From a virus: a stretch of 64,000 bases of DNA. The notes beneath the pieces are model-generated. The model saw nothing but the letters and a program-made list of their open reading frames with translations. It made no database searches and was not told where the DNA came from. Position numbers and translations under genes: made by a program. Below, piece after piece: positions 10,802-19,499 of the stretch. Position 1 is the first letter of the stretch, and the number at the start of each line of letters is the position of its first letter. Where the stretch lies: IMG/VR virus record IMGVR_UViG_3300044922_000175, positions 61,940 to 125,939 of that record, one strand, 5' to 3'.

Positions 10802-11655
10802 TATCTAGAACTATTATAGTTGTAACTTTTAAATTGATCATAGTACTTGCCGTACATGGCACGTCTATTCATATCATGCAATTTAGATAACTCTTTAAAG
10901 TTAGGAGTATTTACAATAGACAATGCATTGTTACGAGCTCCTCTGAATCTTTGTTCAATAAGGTTTAACTTCTGCATTACATCCTCTCCATTCATGTAAA
11001 GGTTCTCAAGTATTCTTTGCTTTAAACCATATTCATAGTACTCATTAATCATTGGATGATCCAAGATTAACAAGTTACCATCTTCATCTTCTAAAGCTCC
11101 TTGATAGTTAACGTATAGTTTTCCGGTCTCTAAGTTCATGTATATGAAACCATCTTTAAGTTTACCAACGTATGGTGACTTATAAGAGGTATTAGGACAA
11201 TCACAAGAAATACTTTTAGAGTTACCAGTTAATGTAATTGGTGTATTTATATCGTATATTCGTGTCTCATACTGTAATTTTTGTACAAGACGCATATGAT
11301 CACCACAATCAGTAATACAAGTATCCCCACATGGAGTAGTAACAGTTGCCGGATCAATTATAACTTCCTCAACGTGAGTACCACTCATGGCCGGTTGTTC
11401 AACTTTGTATTGACCACAAAGTAAAGCATAGTTCATTACATAGAAATCATCTGGTAGTTTTACCAGATTATTCTCAATGTCTAGAACCTCTTCTTTAGTT
11501 TTAAATATTCTTAAACCTAAATCATAATTTATTCTCTGAACAACTTTAATAAGTTGTTGAGGCTCAATCATACCCTCTAAAGAATACATTGAGAAATCAA
11601 CGCTTACATCTTCAAGTAATTCATCAAAGGTTTTATATTTTAATTCTGTAAGCAT
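10801..11655 (-). CDS. Tail ring / tubular protein
   Basis: 284 aa immediately upstream of the muzzle gene. LPDDFY and HPMINEYYEY segments resemble tail tubular/adaptor proteins. Call is mainly by synteny. Confidence 0.6.
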   Translation of the reverse strand: MLTELKYKTFDELLEDVSVDFSMYSLEGMIEPQQLIKVVQRINYDLGLRIFKTKEEVLDIENNLVKLPDDFYVMNYALLCGQYKVEQPAMSGTHVEEVIIDPATVTTPCGDTCITDCGDHMRLVQKLQYETRIYDINTPITLTGNSKSISCDCPNTSYKSPYVGKLKDGFIYMNLETGKLYVNYQGALEDEDGNLLILDHPMINEYYEYGLKQRILENLYMNGEDVMQKLNLIEQRFRGARNNALSIVNTPNFKELSKLHDMNRRAMYGKYYDQFKSYNYNSSR

Positions 11656-11659
11656 TGCC

Positions 11660-12325
11660 TTATCTGTTTAAGTTAATATTGTCATCTGATAAATCTGAAG
11701 GGATCTGTAATCTTCCAATAAAATCTTGGATAGCCATTTTCTCTGCTTCAGCTAATAAAAATTCAGGAACATTAATCTTGTGATCCATTCTTTTAATACA
11801 AGTATCTTCATCTGTATACTGAGATACATCTTGAATAAAAATACCTTCTATCTTTAAAGCTTCCCAGCTAATATTCGGCATATATAAATAACCGTTTAAA
11901 AACCAGTAGTACTTAGTGTTGTTATATTTAAAACCTGTAGTCTTAGTCATAGAGGTATAAATACCAGGTGTAGTAGGATTTAATTCCTGACTACCATCTA
12001 TAGACGTTACAGATCTAATTAAAGGACCCCAGTAACCTTCCATGAATGTGGGAAGTTTATCTTTTGTACGCATTATAGTACGCCCAGATTTTATACCAGC
12101 GCAGCATGCTTCAACCTTATCTATTTCAATTAACTCTAAACATGGTAAAGTTTGCCAAATAGAATTAAATTTAGATAGTTTATTCTGAGAGTCTTGTCTC
12201 CTCATCAGAACTTGGGCATATTTAATTACAACATTATAAACATACCTATTAGTAAGAAATGCATCTTGTCTTACACTCTTAACTTGATTTTTTACCCTTG
12301 AGACTACGGTTCCAATAGTTACCAT
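11660..12325 (-). CDS. Tail ring protein
   Basis: 221 aa in the conserved ring-HU-ring-muzzle block. Contains YYWFLNGYLY. Call is by synteny. Confidence 0.5.
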   Translation of the reverse strand: MVTIGTVVSRVKNQVKSVRQDAFLTNRYVYNVVIKYAQVLMRRQDSQNKLSKFNSIWQTLPCLELIEIDKVEACCAGIKSGRTIMRTKDKLPTFMEGYWGPLIRSVTSIDGSQELNPTTPGIYTSMTKTTGFKYNNTKYYWFLNGYLYMPNISWEALKIEGIFIQDVSQYTDEDTCIKRMDHKINVPEFLLAEAEKMAIQDFIGRLQIPSDLSDDNINLNR

Positions 12326-12330
12326 TTTTA

Positions 12331-12912
12331 TTAAAATTCAAATTCATCATATGAGCTAAGTATATCCTTATCTTCCTTCTTAACTCTTTGCTTTCTAAGA
12401 GCTTTTGAAAACATCTCTGACACTTTCTTATATGAATCTACAACAATATATTTTTGCCAAGACACAGGATACTCTTTAGCTACAGATCTCTTGAATTGTC
12501 TAACTGCTTGAAAACCCCATAACTCACGGTTTGCAAACTTATATTTGGTCTGATAGTTTGTATAGAAAATCTTAGCTAACTTAGAATCTGACTCTAGATT
12601 CCTGTTCTTTATTTCTTTACCGTATTTAACAGATAGACCATAATTTACATTAGTGTCCCGGTTAAATGTACAGGTACCTATGAACAGGTATCCCAGACTT
12701 TCTGGTAACTCAACTCCATCTCTATACGCAATTACCTCTTTCCAAATATTTTCATTAAACTTCATCACTATCTTCTTGATAGTTTTGTCATCTAATGTAG
12801 AAAACTCAGGATGCCTCTCCTTGAACTCTGCTAAAAAATCTTTTGTTAAGATTCTCTTAGGTTTTATTCTCAGCCTTGAGGCATGTAAATCAGGTGCTTT
12901 ATATCCTCTCAT
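12331..12912 (-). CDS. HU/IHF-like DNA-binding protein
   Basis: Basic 193-aa protein with two helices followed by GVELPESLGYLFIG, resembling the HU beta-ribbon signature. An IHF-like gene in the tail module is typical of crAss-like phages. Confidence 0.6.
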   Translation of the reverse strand: MRGYKAPDLHASRLRIKPKRILTKDFLAEFKERHPEFSTLDDKTIKKIVMKFNENIWKEVIAYRDGVELPESLGYLFIGTCTFNRDTNVNYGLSVKYGKEIKNRNLESDSKLAKIFYTNYQTKYKFANRELWGFQAVRQFKRSVAKEYPVSWQKYIVVDSYKKVSEMFSKALRKQRVKKEDKDILSSYDEFEF

Positions 12913-12951
12913 ACCTTGACTACATTAATAAGATACAAAATTTAATCCAGA

Positions 12952-14160
12952 TTAAATACAGTTATAAACAAACTCTCCAATCTTACCATTGTCATAGTCA
13001 TGAACCTCAATAAGGGCAGCTCTCTTACTACCAATAAACTTATTATGGTAGTGCCAGTAGTCTGTTTTAGATAGACTAGGAATAATCTTAATAGAGAAAC
13101 CAGTTATTTCATCCTCTGTAATATACTCTACAGTTTTCTTCTTATGATAATGTCCAGTATATAGAGTTCTAAATTTAGTATTACCCCAGGGCTCTGAAAA
13201 TTCAGTAGCATAAACTAGTAATGAGTTCTTAGTATTTACATCTCCGTGCTCAAATGCAAAGAAGTTATTGTTAAACGTAAGTACTTTTCTCTCTGCATAA
13301 TCAGCATGCCATACTATACCATCCTCTTGTACAGCTTTAGAGAGAGCATGTACTAGATGATAAGATGATAGTCTATCATGATTACCGGGTATAAACATTA
13401 TATGTAATGTCTCACACCTCTCCTTTAAAAAACGAATGCCCCGGTATAGGGCATCAAAAGCTTCAGCATATACTTTGTAGGCTTTATCAGAGTTCTCTAC
13501 CGGAGTACCTGATGTAGTAGTACCATTAAACGTATCCATGTTTAATATATCACCACCTACAACATACACTAGATCATCTATAAAGTAATTATTAGATACA
13601 CTCTCTGTAAGTTGTTCTAGTGAAGCAAAGTACTGTTCTATGATATCATCATTACCATCCTTACCAATATGCATATCTTGCATAGATAGTACACAGCTTA
13701 CATATCGGTGTCTCTTTTGCTTCTTTACTACTACTGGTTTATAATCCGGTTTAAAGTTTTCTATGATGTCTTTTAGATAATCTTCTTTAGTCTTTACTAC
13801 TTTAGTTACTAAAGCTGATACTAACCATTTATCACTTCTCTCCTTATTCCAATATTGAGATAACTTCCACTCTGTAGTATCTATACCCAAGATCTCTATA
13901 ATCTCTTCAGGGGTTTTAGGATTAACTGATACTAATTTCTCTATCTTACCTGTGCCTTTTTCTAAATCATAAGACTCCGAATTAATTCTTTCTACATTAT
14001 GTTCTGAATTGTATTTTAATTTTTTAGATTTAAATCCTAGAGACTTTTTAATCTTTAAATATTCATCTAAAGTAATACCAATTCTTCTTGCACACTCAAT
14101 ATTAGATAGCTTCCATTCTTTACTTTTAGCTACCTTATCTTTTAATTCTTGTGAATACAT
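12952..14160 (-). CDS. Calcineurin-like metallophosphoesterase with N-terminal HTH-like region
   Basis: All five metallophosphoesterase motifs are present: QDMHIG, GGDILN, IPGNHD, EHGD and TGHYH. Confidence 0.85.
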   Translation of the reverse strand: MYSQELKDKVAKSKEWKLSNIECARRIGITLDEYLKIKKSLGFKSKKLKYNSEHNVERINSESYDLEKGTGKIEKLVSVNPKTPEEIIEILGIDTTEWKLSQYWNKERSDKWLVSALVTKVVKTKEDYLKDIIENFKPDYKPVVVKKQKRHRYVSCVLSMQDMHIGKDGNDDIIEQYFASLEQLTESVSNNYFIDDLVYVVGGDILNMDTFNGTTTSGTPVENSDKAYKVYAEAFDALYRGIRFLKERCETLHIMFIPGNHDRLSSYHLVHALSKAVQEDGIVWHADYAERKVLTFNNNFFAFEHGDVNTKNSLLVYATEFSEPWGNTKFRTLYTGHYHKKKTVEYITEDEITGFSIKIIPSLSKTDYWHYHNKFIGSKRAALIEVHDYDNGKIGEFVYNCI

Positions 14161-14176
14161 GCGGTAATTGTTTTAT

Positions 14177-14184
14177 CAAATGTA
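14177..14184 (-). promoter_or_regulatory. Bacteroidota sigma-A type -7 element (TACATTTG)
   Basis: Matches TAnnTTTG 17 nt upstream of the phosphoesterase ATG. A TTG element lies about 18 nt further upstream. Confidence 0.55.
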
Positions 14185-14211
14185 GTAAAAATAGTTTATA
14201 ATCAAGTTATT

Positions 14212-14243
14212 ATAAAATAAACCCCGGCTTTTTACACCGGGGT
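14212..14243 (-). terminator. Intrinsic terminator
   Basis: ACCCCGG/CCGGGGT 7-bp stem followed by TTATTTTAT on the minus strand. Confidence 0.7.
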
Positions 14244-14322
14244 CTAATCAGAGGGGTAAACCAACAAACCCTCTTAGTACTTATACAATATTAATATAGT
14301 AAATGATTTTTAATTATCCAAA

Positions 14323-14766
14323 TTAAAGTGGTGGTACGCAAGCACTACCTGCAGTAACAACTAATCCTGAAGCAGCTGTATACTGTCCAGTAACAATACA
14401 TAATGAAATAGTAGTTCCAGCATTAATATTTAAATTAACTTCTTCACCACTTGTACCACAAGCTTCATAGTTTAAAAGCTTAGCACTTCCTGTAGGATTA
14501 TTAACTGTATAACTAGTACAACTTTGTACAATAGTTGTATCAGATGATACTAAGCTAAGCGTTACGTCTTCGCCAGAACCACAACGTGCATATACTTCAA
14601 CATCATAAACAGTTGATGTTAATCCTGCTAACTGAATTGGTCCACTAGATTGTGGAAAAACCATACTTTGCCATGCTCCTTGAGGAGAATTAACTCTGTA
14701 TTTTACCAAATAACCAAGAGCTGGTATAGGATTAGGAGGAGTAAAAGTTAAATATAAAGATGCCAT
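14323..14766 (-). CDS. Small FN3/Ig-like structural protein
   Basis: GYLVKYR...W...LAGLTSTVYDVEVYARC is the FN3 strand pattern. The second module is Cys-rich. Confidence 0.6.
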   Translation of the reverse strand: MASLYLTFTPPNPIPALGYLVKYRVNSPQGAWQSMVFPQSSGPIQLAGLTSTVYDVEVYARCGSGEDVTLSLVSSDTTIVQSCTSYTVNNPTGSAKLLNYEACGTSGEEVNLNINAGTTISLCIVTGQYTAASGLVVTAGSACVPPL

Positions 14767-15302
14767 TAGGTTGTTAATGTTTTAAATGATAAGGTGATAG
14801 ATGTACAGCAATCAGCACTACCAGAAGTACTAGTAAGTAATCTTACATAATAAGTTGTGTTTGCTGACAAGTTAATAATAGTCCACTTAGGCGTAGCACT
14901 AACAAGAATTGACTGAGAACCTGTAACCGTTACAAACGCAGGGTCTGTAGACCATTGTAATTTAGTTGAAGTAATAGTAGCAGGAGCACCAGGAACAGTA
15001 TAACTGACAGTTGCTTCGGTTTGTTTAACATTACTAATATTAAAATTCTTGATTGATTGACAAGTAGCTAGTGGATTAAAGCAGTTTGGATTAGTTAAAT
15101 ATAATACTAATTTTTTTACTACTAAATCAAGACGCTCATTCTTCTTGATATCAATAGTATAAATATCATTACCGGTATACTTAACGCATTCAAAACTTAC
15201 TACCTCATCACATAGTTCAGAGATAGCACATTCAGTAGTAACTGGGGATACCAATTTGGTATCCTCACAGCCACAGGGTTTTGGTTGACAATTACAGCTC
15301 AT
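14766..15302 (-). CDS. Cys-rich protein with C-terminal FN3-like domain
   Basis: Starts MSCNCQPKPCGC. C-terminal IINLSANTTYYVRL is an FN3 motif. Confidence 0.6.
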   Translation of the reverse strand: MSCNCQPKPCGCEDTKLVSPVTTECAISELCDEVVSFECVKYTGNDIYTIDIKKNERLDLVVKKLVLYLTNPNCFNPLATCQSIKNFNISNVKQTEATVSYTVPGAPATITSTKLQWSTDPAFVTVTGSQSILVSATPKWTIINLSANTTYYVRLLTSTSGSADCCTSITLSFKTLTT

Positions 15303-15304
15303 GA

Positions 15305-16843
15305 TTAGTTAATTATAAAGGAATTAAGGTTGCTTATTGGAGGACAACTGCCTGAACCAACAACGGTAGTTTGTTTAGGACAAACTTTGCTAACTACATT
15401 TACTCCAGATGCTACATCAATAATTGAAATTTCTACCTTGTAGGTTCCAACTGTAAGACCTTGAAGTGTACCACTAATAGTTCCACCATATGTATTTGCA
15501 ATGTTAGTAGTAGTTTCTGAAAGCAATGCATCAGCATTAGTATACAATTTGATTCTGTATTTCTTAGTAGAGCTAGACGAGTAAACGTTATTAAAGCTAT
15601 AACTAAGAGTATAGGTTGTTCCAGATAAAGCAGAAGATAATGATAATGTAGGACAACTAATATTAGAGGTAACGTTGTAGGTTAAAGTATTCTGACAAAC
15701 CAAACCTTGGTTATCAGTGAAACAATAAGCAATAGCTACTTGATAAGAACCAGACAAATCTAACTGAGTGCTAGACAAGTTCAAATCATAATAGTTAGTA
15801 CCACCAATTAAGTTAGCAATATTAGGGAAGTTGTAGGTCTCAGTAAAAGGAATATTACTTACTGGAGATGCTACAGATAATGTAATAGTTGATCCTGGTG
15901 TAGGACATTGTACAAAACCTGAAGGAATTACACTAGTGCCGGTTAACCGTACACGTAAGTTTGTACTAGATGTCATATCTAATAAGAAACCTAAATCAAT
16001 ATCAGCACAAGTTTTAGTGCAACATGCTTTTAATGACTCAATTTCATTACGTAAATCACAGATTGTAATCCAAAGATTATTTACGCTATCTGCTACAGTA
16101 GATACAGTAGTCTTCCATCTATCTGAATAAGCACTTGCCATAGTACCAGTAGTACTTAAAGCAGGCTCATTAGAGATATCACAGTAAGGAACAATGCTGG
16201 CTGATAATAAAGCCGGAGTTCCAACAACTGATTGTAGATCACAAAGCTTCTGTTCAATAGTAGAAACAATTGTAGTCAATGGTGCAGAACCACTACTTAA
16301 ACAAACGTAAGTAGAATTCTTAGGTGCATAGTTTGTACTTAAAGAAGAAAGGGTGTTATTAATAGTTGTAATAGAATTACTATTACTAACTACACTAGAT
16401 TGTAAAGTAGTAACTGTTGTTTCTAATGTACAAAGCCTAGTTCCTAATAACTGGGCATATGATACAACACCTAATGTTGCACCACCAGCGGCTGCTTGCA
16501 AACAAGCTGCTACTGAACAAGTTAAATTAGCTGCAGCAGGAATACTAATAGCACTAATCTGTGATTGTAAACTACAAATTTTAGTTACTAAAGCTTGTAT
16601 TAAAGCTGTAGAACTAGCTGGTGTAGAACCTAAACTAAGACATGATAAGTTTAAAGTTGCAATATCAATACAGCAATCAGTTAAAATATCACATAACTGT
16701 TCACCCAGTTTTGCAACTACTTCACTTACTGTATCTCCTTTACAAAGACTTAAACAAGGAATGTTAGGACCTTGCCAGATAACGCAGTTAGATGATACCT
16801 CTGAACATCCTGTGCTTTTATAATTTGAACCTACGGGAAGCAT
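15305..16843 (-). CDS. Cys-rich coiled-coil fibre/spike-like structural protein
   Basis: 512 aa, Ser/Thr/Cys-rich. Heptad segments (LCTLETTVTTLQSSV, ICDLRNEIESLKACC) precede Ig/FN3-like C-terminal domains. Confidence 0.55.
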   Translation of the reverse strand: MLPVGSNYKSTGCSEVSSNCVIWQGPNIPCLSLCKGDTVSEVVAKLGEQLCDILTDCCIDIATLNLSCLSLGSTPASSTALIQALVTKICSLQSQISAISIPAAANLTCSVAACLQAAAGGATLGVVSYAQLLGTRLCTLETTVTTLQSSVVSNSNSITTINNTLSSLSTNYAPKNSTYVCLSSGSAPLTTIVSTIEQKLCDLQSVVGTPALLSASIVPYCDISNEPALSTTGTMASAYSDRWKTTVSTVADSVNNLWITICDLRNEIESLKACCTKTCADIDLGFLLDMTSSTNLRVRLTGTSVIPSGFVQCPTPGSTITLSVASPVSNIPFTETYNFPNIANLIGGTNYYDLNLSSTQLDLSGSYQVAIAYCFTDNQGLVCQNTLTYNVTSNISCPTLSLSSALSGTTYTLSYSFNNVYSSSSTKKYRIKLYTNADALLSETTTNIANTYGGTISGTLQGLTVGTYKVEISIIDVASGVNVVSKVCPKQTTVVGSGSCPPISNLNSFIIN

Positions 16844-16907
16844 TTTTTATAAATATAAGAGTACACGACTATAGTGTACACTATAATATAAACAATTAAT
16901 CACTAAT

Positions 16908-16934
16908 AAAAAAGACCCCCGAAGGAGTCTTTTT
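16908..16934 (-). terminator. Intrinsic terminator with C(UUCG)G tetraloop
   Basis: Minus strand reads GACTCC-TTCG-GGGGTC-TTTTTT. Confidence 0.8.
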
Positions 16935-16958
16935 ATTAAAATTAAAAATAATTAGAGA

Positions 16959-17240
16959 TTACTCTACTACAGACATAGTAGGTTCTGCAGGAGCTTCAGC
17001 AGCAATGTGCTCAAAGGTATCCAAATTGATCTGACCTTTACCGTAGTTAGCTTCAATAGATTGGAAGAACTCATTCTGTTCTTTTACTACTTCAGCCATT
17101 GCTTCCTTTACTTTTTCTTTTACAGAAAGCAAGTCATTCATTTGAAGTTCGATCTTACCCAAATCCATAATTACGTTTTGAGTCTTTTGTTGGAAGCCTT
17201 TGATTGCTTCGATCTCTTGTTCGTTTAATTTAGTTGCCAT
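16959..17240 (-). CDS. Small coiled-coil protein, possibly a fibre assembly chaperone
   Basis: 93 aa of helical heptads with strong codon bias. It has its own promoter and a downstream terminator. Confidence 0.6.
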   Translation of the reverse strand: MATKLNEQEIEAIKGFQQKTQNVIMDLGKIELQMNDLLSVKEKVKEAMAEVVKEQNEFFQSIEANYGKGQINLDTFEHIAAEAPAEPTMSVVE

Positions 17241-17265
17241 GATTTATATGTTTAGTTGGTTTATG

Positions 17266-17298
17266 CAAATATAATGCTTTTTTGTAGAATCTGCCAAA
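17266..17298 (-). promoter_or_regulatory. Bacteroidota sigma-A type promoter (-33 TTTG, -7 TATATTTG)
   Basis: TTTG at 17298-17295 and TATATTTG at 17273-17266, with a 21-nt spacer. Confidence 0.65.
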
Positions 17299-17805
17299 TT
17301 AGCAGTCTTCTACTTTAGCAGCAGTAAATAAGCTGACAAGTTTTGCTTTCAAGTGGGTATAACCGAATGCAAAAATGTCAACACCTTCTGCAGAAGATAA
17401 ATCAGGAACAGTCAAAGTAACAGTGTACTCTTCAGTAACTTCTTCAGTTACGTACTCTTGTACAGTGTACTCTTCTGATACTTCTTCACCTGCTTCATTA
17501 GTGATAGTACGAGTCTTAACTACGTCTTTCTGTACAGGCTGCATCATAGTGCGAGTCTTAGTCTCTTCAACTTGCTTAGTCAAAGGAATAGACAAGTACT
17601 CACCGATTTGTTGGTTACGTGCTTGACCTCCGTCAATAGGAGCCATAGCGTTAGGAGAAGCTACTGCATCTGCAGCGCTCATGAACAATTGAATACGGAA
17701 GTTAGCGTTACCACTCTTAGAGATTTGGTAGTCAGCAATACGTACGTAAGCTTCATTGGTAATACCTTTATCGGTACCAATGCTTTTTGTGATTTTAAGT
17801 GCCAT
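17299..17805 (-). CDS. Hypothetical fibre-associated protein
   Basis: 168-aa ORF with strong codon bias and an internal EYTV/EEV low-complexity repeat. Confidence 0.6.
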   Translation of the reverse strand: MALKITKSIGTDKGITNEAYVRIADYQISKSGNANFRIQLFMSAADAVASPNAMAPIDGGQARNQQIGEYLSIPLTKQVEETKTRTMMQPVQKDVVKTRTITNEAGEEVSEEYTVQEYVTEEVTEEYTVTLTVPDLSSAEGVDIFAFGYTHLKAKLVSLFTAAKVEDC

Positions 17806-17860
17806 TGTTGTAAAATTATAATTTTAGATTTGTATACATAACAAATATACTAAATAAAGT

Positions 17861-18208
17861 TTAGTTTGTCAAGTTACTTAAGGGGTTGTCTTTCCTGTTC
17901 CACTCATCTGTAGCTAGCAGTTCTAAAATTTCTTCATGAGTGTACTCTTGCATACCCTCCTGATAAACATTAGGTCTACCGTATACACCTGCAGGAATAG
18001 TTACAATTAAAGTTTCTCCTGTCTCAGAGTTAACAGTCTCTACTTGACTCTCTTGAGTTTCTACAAGATTATACTTAATAAAGGTTTTTGTACCATCTAC
18101 AGAATACCTTAAAGTCTCTAAAGAGTTCTCTAGTATCTCGTCAAAGTTAATGTTTTCTACTTCTGTAGCTGGAATGACTAGCCATCTACGATTTATAAAA
18201 TGTGTCAT
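17861..18208 (-). CDS. Hypothetical protein adjoining the LamG cluster
   Basis: 115-aa ORF in operon context, containing LRYSVDGTKTFIKY and YTHEEILELL...EW. Confidence 0.6.
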   Translation of the reverse strand: MTHFINRRWLVIPATEVENINFDEILENSLETLRYSVDGTKTFIKYNLVETQESQVETVNSETGETLIVTIPAGVYGRPNVYQEGMQEYTHEEILELLATDEWNRKDNPLSNLTN

Positions 18209-18210
18209 AG

Positions 18211-19497
18211 TTAAATAATGTTATATCTTGTTTTATAGTGTCTAAAGTTTTGTAATACTTCTGAATCTAAAAGTATCTTATTGTATTGTTTAAATACTCC
18301 TATCTCTCCGTTAAACTGGGAAGGTGCACCACCATACCATTGCTGAGATATTGGATCATGGCCTAAGTACCATTTCTGTGTTGAAGATGCAGCAATATTA
18401 GATCCTTCAGTATCATTTGTAATATTAGCTTCTAATACTCCATCAGTATAAATTTTCATTTGTTTGGTAACGTTGTTGTAGGTAAAAACAACATGATGCC
18501 AGTTACCATCAGTTATTATCTTAGATCCTTGTGGATCTGATGATCCCCAACCATGCCACTGTGCTCTATTATTTTCAATACCTAACCAAAATCTTTCATA
18601 GTAAGTAATAGAAGAAGCATTTGTCATAACAGCTATAGGCATCATAGATCCTCCGTAAGTTTTAAAAACCATCTCAAAACTTCTAGTATTGGATGCATAC
18701 ACTAGTGGATTCTCTATAACTACATGCGAGTTAGTACCATCAAACTCTAATTGCATATTACTACCAAATGGTGTATTAACTACCGTTACAGATGTACTAT
18801 TACCTGTAAGATCCAGTATCGACTGAGTTGCAGTTCTACTAGCCAAAGGTAAAAACATTTGTCTAGGGTCCTGTATTTCTGTTCCCTTTACAAGATTTAC
18901 AGCAGCTAAAGAAACTTTATCAGAAACTCCATATTGATAGTACCACATTCCAGGATAAAATGTACTAGTGTTTGCTGCTGTTGTTAAGTAGTTCCACGCA
19001 AAATACCAACCATCTCCTAGATGTGTTCTTTGTGCTTCAGTATGTACACCGTATTCAGTAACGTATCCAGAAGGACCATACTGATAATGGTACATAAAGT
19101 TTGGATGAGTGTAACCAGACTGAGTCTTATATATAATAGAATAAGTATAAGTAGTTGAAGCTTCAATAGGTACACCCCAGTCACCGTATCTCCATAGTGA
19201 AGGACAACAATAACAGTAATCTGCACAACCACAACAGTTATAATCATTTCTAATTAAAACAAACTGAACAGTTTTTTCCCCAAGTTGAGGAATATAAGCT
19301 TGTTCTTGTCCTACTTGAGTAAAAAAACTTTGACCATTTGCATAGTTTACTAAGTTAGCATTGCCTCCCCATTGAACAGGTGTACCAAGAATATTTGTTC
19401 CTGGTTTACCTTTATAGCAATTAAGCATATCTTTAGTATCAATAGATAATACTAAAGAATCTCTTACTATCTGACCGTATCCTTGTGTTACTCCCAT
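18211..19497 (-). CDS. LamG/concanavalin-A-like lectin domain protein
   Basis: C-terminal FDGTNSHV...WHHVVFTY...MKIYTDG...FNGEIGVFKQYNKIL...EVLQNF is the LamG_3 pattern. Confidence 0.8.
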   Translation of the reverse strand: MGVTQGYGQIVRDSLVLSIDTKDMLNCYKGKPGTNILGTPVQWGGNANLVNYANGQSFFTQVGQEQAYIPQLGEKTVQFVLIRNDYNCCGCADYCYCCPSLWRYGDWGVPIEASTTYTYSIIYKTQSGYTHPNFMYHYQYGPSGYVTEYGVHTEAQRTHLGDGWYFAWNYLTTAANTSTFYPGMWYYQYGVSDKVSLAAVNLVKGTEIQDPRQMFLPLASRTATQSILDLTGNSTSVTVVNTPFGSNMQLEFDGTNSHVVIENPLVYASNTRSFEMVFKTYGGSMMPIAVMTNASSITYYERFWLGIENNRAQWHGWGSSDPQGSKIITDGNWHHVVFTYNNVTKQMKIYTDGVLEANITNDTEGSNIAASSTQKWYLGHDPISQQWYGGAPSQFNGEIGVFKQYNKILLDSEVLQNFRHYKTRYNII

Positions 19498-19499
19498 CT

